A stretch of 64,000 nt of DNA from Antechinus flavipes. Its lineage: Eukaryota. Below the pieces are notes generated by a model, which saw only the letters and a list, made by a program, of their open reading frames with translations, ran no database searches and had not been told where the DNA came from. The stretch spans positions 614,234,001 through 614,298,000 of the forward strand of contig NC_067399.1 of NCBI RefSeq assembly GCF_016432865.1, given 5' to 3'. A program made the position numbers and the translations under genes. Numbering within the stretch: position 1 is the stretch's first letter; each line of letters begins with the position of its first letter. Below are positions 60,561 to 64,000 of this stretch, piece by piece.

Positions 60561-63484
60561 CAGTTCCCAGCACACCTTCCCATCCATCAGTATTCCAGGC
60601 CCTCAGCTCCAGTTTCAGACTCACAAGGCCCTTATCTCACAAGTTAGCATCAGACAAAGTCTGGGTGCAGGTCAACATGACTCAATTGCAAATACAACAT
60701 TAATGAGAGCAAGAGGAATGGTTTTCCATCTCAGGGGATAACTCTTTCCAGTTCAGACAGTCGTTTTGATAAATAAGGCCTAAGGATGGTTCTTCCATAC
60801 TATCAGAGGCAGTATAATCTATGACCACCATTCCACTCATTTGAGATCATTCAGGATTGATGGCAAGATACAGTGCTACATATTCTATCATTGAAAAAGT
60901 AATTTCAAAAGCAAATTCCAAGTGACAATTTTCCTAAGAAGGTTATGCTAGGGCAATTACTTAACAAGTTCAGCTGAAACAAATAAACATTGCTATGCCT
61001 CAAAGGTTTGCACAGTTTGTTCCAAGAGGTTTTGTGGAAGGGACTAGCATGAAATCAGCAACCCCACTGAGGAACTAAATCTCTGTTTCTGAGGAACCTG
61101 TTCGATATTGGAAGAGAAAACATAAGTCATTAGCTTTATCGACCGAGAAGACACTGAATTGATCCTTAGCTAGGGAACCAAGCATGCCTTTGATATGTTG
61201 TTTGTTGGCCCTGTGGGAATAAGCCCCAAATAAGAAAGCTGATGAAATGCTATGGATTACTTTCTTGTTACCAGGACTCAATTAAGGAGGCTCTGCCTTG
61301 GCCACCCTTTTTCATTTGGTTTTAAAGCATAAGTTACAAAGTCCCCAGGGAAGTGTGGCCTATCCTCCTGGCAACTGTCTATTTGATACAGAATTTGTAC
61401 CACTAACATACTCCAGAGAGTACAAGTAGGAATGCTATTGAAAAAAAAAATTGAGAATCCCAGCCAACAGCCAAGCAGCGGCAACAACTGTCTAAATCTT
61501 ATTTCAGCTGTTTGGGGACAATAGAGAAATTTACTGCTTTCACTTCCATAATGATTCAAACTGATTAATGGACAGCTGTACTGCCAATAGCTCAGAAATA
61601 GAATTTTATCACTGACCTTGGTCAGTGATAAATTTACTAGTTTTTAAAAAAAAGGTAACACCTGCTAACAAAGCCTGGAGCTTAATTAGCATGTAACAAA
61701 AGCTGCCAGAGTACAAATTACTTTAACAATGAACTCAAATCAATATTTGTGCAAGTTATTAAAATCATCATTTTAAAGAGGATATAGAAACTCTAGGCTT
61801 AGAATCCAGGTTTAGAAATGGAATCCAGCCACAAAGGCAAGATGATTCATGATTCTTAACAGACACCTACCTTTTCTATCTTTTTCTGTACTCTGGATAA
61901 ATGAATGAGTTCTAAAGCTACAAAGCAAATGCCAAACATTTGCTCAAAAGGAAATTACTCTGCTGTCTCAGAGAATGGATGAACTAACATGCTACTCAGT
62001 CCTTACAATGGAATTATCATTTTATGAGCATGGAATAACCTGTCCCCAAATAAAGAAGGCTGTTTTATATGGGGACAGAATCTCCTAAGCTAAAGCACAT
62101 TTTACTGTCTACTTTACCTGCTTATGTTCTAGTCTATAATATTCCAAAAATACTACACTCCCAGATAATGTCATAATTCAGATTTCAACAAAGCTTTCTC
62201 CTTGATTAAAAAAGATATTAGTACTTAGGTTTTAACAATCCTAAAGAGAAAGAAATAAAGACTGATAAATATCAGACAGGCCTTGAAATTCAACTTGGAT
62301 ATTCTGATGGATATTTGATTCCATTGATATGGGCATTTTTCTCCAATATTGCATATCTAAGCCCAATCATCCCTTCCCATTGTATTTTGTACAACTCCTG
62401 TCTGGATCCCCCTGTAACTAAATCCTCTATAGCAGAATCAAATCAACCTGGCAGGGAGGGGGAGGGGGAAAGGAACAGAGAAGCAGATATCTCTAGATCT
62501 TAACATTGTATGGGGAAACCGCAAAGATTGTGTGGGCTCTCTATCACTTCTCCCTAGTTCTTGCTAGCAATCCCTTGTTGCATATAAATTATTACCATAA
62601 AAATATTGCAGATATGGGGAATATAGGCCTATATGCCAGTACTTACTGACAATCTCCCAATTTTTTAATGTGAAGGATTATGTGTGTGTGTTAATATTAA
62701 GGACTAAGATTTAAATGACGTCTTTGGTATCCTCGACTCATTCAGATACCTTGAGAATAAATTCAAGACTGCCACCTTCACAAGAGGGTCGCTGTATATA
62801 TTTCTTCTGTTTCAGACACTCCTCACATCTTAGCTTTTTGCAGGCACTGAGATGTCAAAGGCTAAATATGCAGGCTTTATCACTGTTAATGAGAGTAAAA
62901 AAAAAGTTTTTAATAAATTCTTTCTTGATACTGCATCTTCTATTACATGAACAGAAGATGATCCAACAAGGATCAAATACTTGGACTTGGTCATACACAT
63001 CCTCAATATTTCCAGTCTCCATCATCACCATCCTCCCAGTTCCAACTGAACCACGGAACAGGTACATGTGAATTCAAGAAGGACCTACTCTGACACTAAT
63101 ACAATCTGACAACAATCATCCCGAAGGGGCTCGAAGGGTCTTCATTTTGCTTGAGAAAATTGAAGTTCAGAGAGTTGGAGGGACTTCAAGTTTGTCCCAA
63201 ATCATATGGGAGCCTAACGGCAGATCTAGATAAGATTTGAAACGGAATCCTCTAACTCTTAGCAACGGTCCTTTCTGGTGCCATATTTTAAATTTAACAT
63301 ACCCAAGAAATTTATTTTAAATATTCACATACAAAAACCACAAATTAAATGGAAATAAAATTTTCATCACCATCCAGGAGTCCTAGTTAGGAAGTTTGTG
63401 GGGCAGGTTCCATTAAAGAGGGCAAGAAACTCCAGGGATCGGAAAGGAAGAGGTTGGTTAGCGGCAAAGCAGCCAGAAGAGGAG

Positions 63485-63650
63485 TCAGTCCCCTCACCTC
63501 TCTGAAACTCCGTCTCCTCATCTGTAGAATGGGGAGATTTACCTGCACGGGGATGGCGAGAGGCTGCGATGACCTAATGCCAGGGAGGCGCTCCGCACAC
63601 CTTAGAGCGCCGCTCAGACTAGCGATGCTGGATTGGCTTTTATTATTATT
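63485..63650 (+). mobile_element. MIR remnant with GC-shifted sequence at the edge of the MORN4 CpG island
   Basis: ctccgtctcctcatctgtagaatgggg core; tail ending ttattattatt. Confidence 0.65.
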
Positions 63651-64000
63651 ACCGGCACTCAGCTCGTTAGAGCTCGGTGATCCCGGCCATCGGTTCCCAC
63701 CCACGCCCGGGAGGCCAGGCCCGACTCGGAGGGCTCCCCTGGCAAAGGACAAGCTCAACATCCTCGCGTCGGCGCCATCCCTGACCACACCCACGGCCAC
63801 ACCCACTCTACCTGCATCTCGTTCCCTCCCCTCACGCCAGCTGACCTGGGTTCCCTTCAAGACTCCCGAGTCTCGGCTTCCACGCCTCCGATTCCGTCTG
63901 GTCAGCCGCCGCCGCTGGTCGCTCCACAGTCTCCCTTGGAACCCTCTCGCAACCCCGCCCCCTCCGGGACCCCGGCGCGGCACCGAGCAGAGTCCCCGCA
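63550..64000 (-). promoter_or_regulatory. MORN4: CpG island, likely MORN4 promoter / non-coding exon 1
   Basis: High CpG density about 4.2 kb upstream of the first coding exon; exon 1 boundaries not resolved. Confidence 0.65.

Noticed and set aside
62852-63110. Coding-looking stretch with interspersed stops in MORN4 intron 1 (possible pseudogene fragment)
   Set aside because: I cannot recognise any parent protein in any frame; it needs a BLASTX search

Overview
Marsupial genomic DNA (WSINE1/MAR1-type SINEs, marsupial L1 tails and a BovB-like RTE; a dasyurid such as Tasmanian devil is plausible but not proven). The window is the conserved UBTD1-ANKRD2-HOGA1-(nested C10orf62)-MORN4 block. UBTD1 (+) contributes its last two coding exons; exon 1 lies upstream of the window. 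ANKRD2 (+) has 9 coding exons (330 aa), HOGA1 (+) 7 coding exons (330 aa) and MORN4 (-) 4 coding exons (146 aa); all were built by hand with GT-AG boundaries and consistent phases. A C10orf62 ortholog sits on the same strand inside the 20-kb HOGA1 intron 1. Most notable: this ORF has no in-frame ATG near its start and carries an N-terminal hydrophobic anchor that I do not recall in the human protein. A 56-nt exon-like segment at 28273-28328 ends in TAA-ATG|gtaag, in frame both with HOGA1 exon 1 upstream and with the C10orf62 acceptor downstream, suggesting a possible shared-promoter stop-start transcript (hypothesis, no expression evidence). Other observations: a higher-order CpG-rich minisatellite in the likely HOGA1 3'UTR, a 125-bp VNTR in ANKRD2 intron 4, SINE copies with strongly GC-skewed substitutions inside GC islands, a MORN4 uORF overlapping the start codon, and DapA-like residues beside the HOGA1 catalytic Tyr and Lys. 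Homology calls rely on remembered human sequences; repeat family names and boundaries are approximate by-eye calls.
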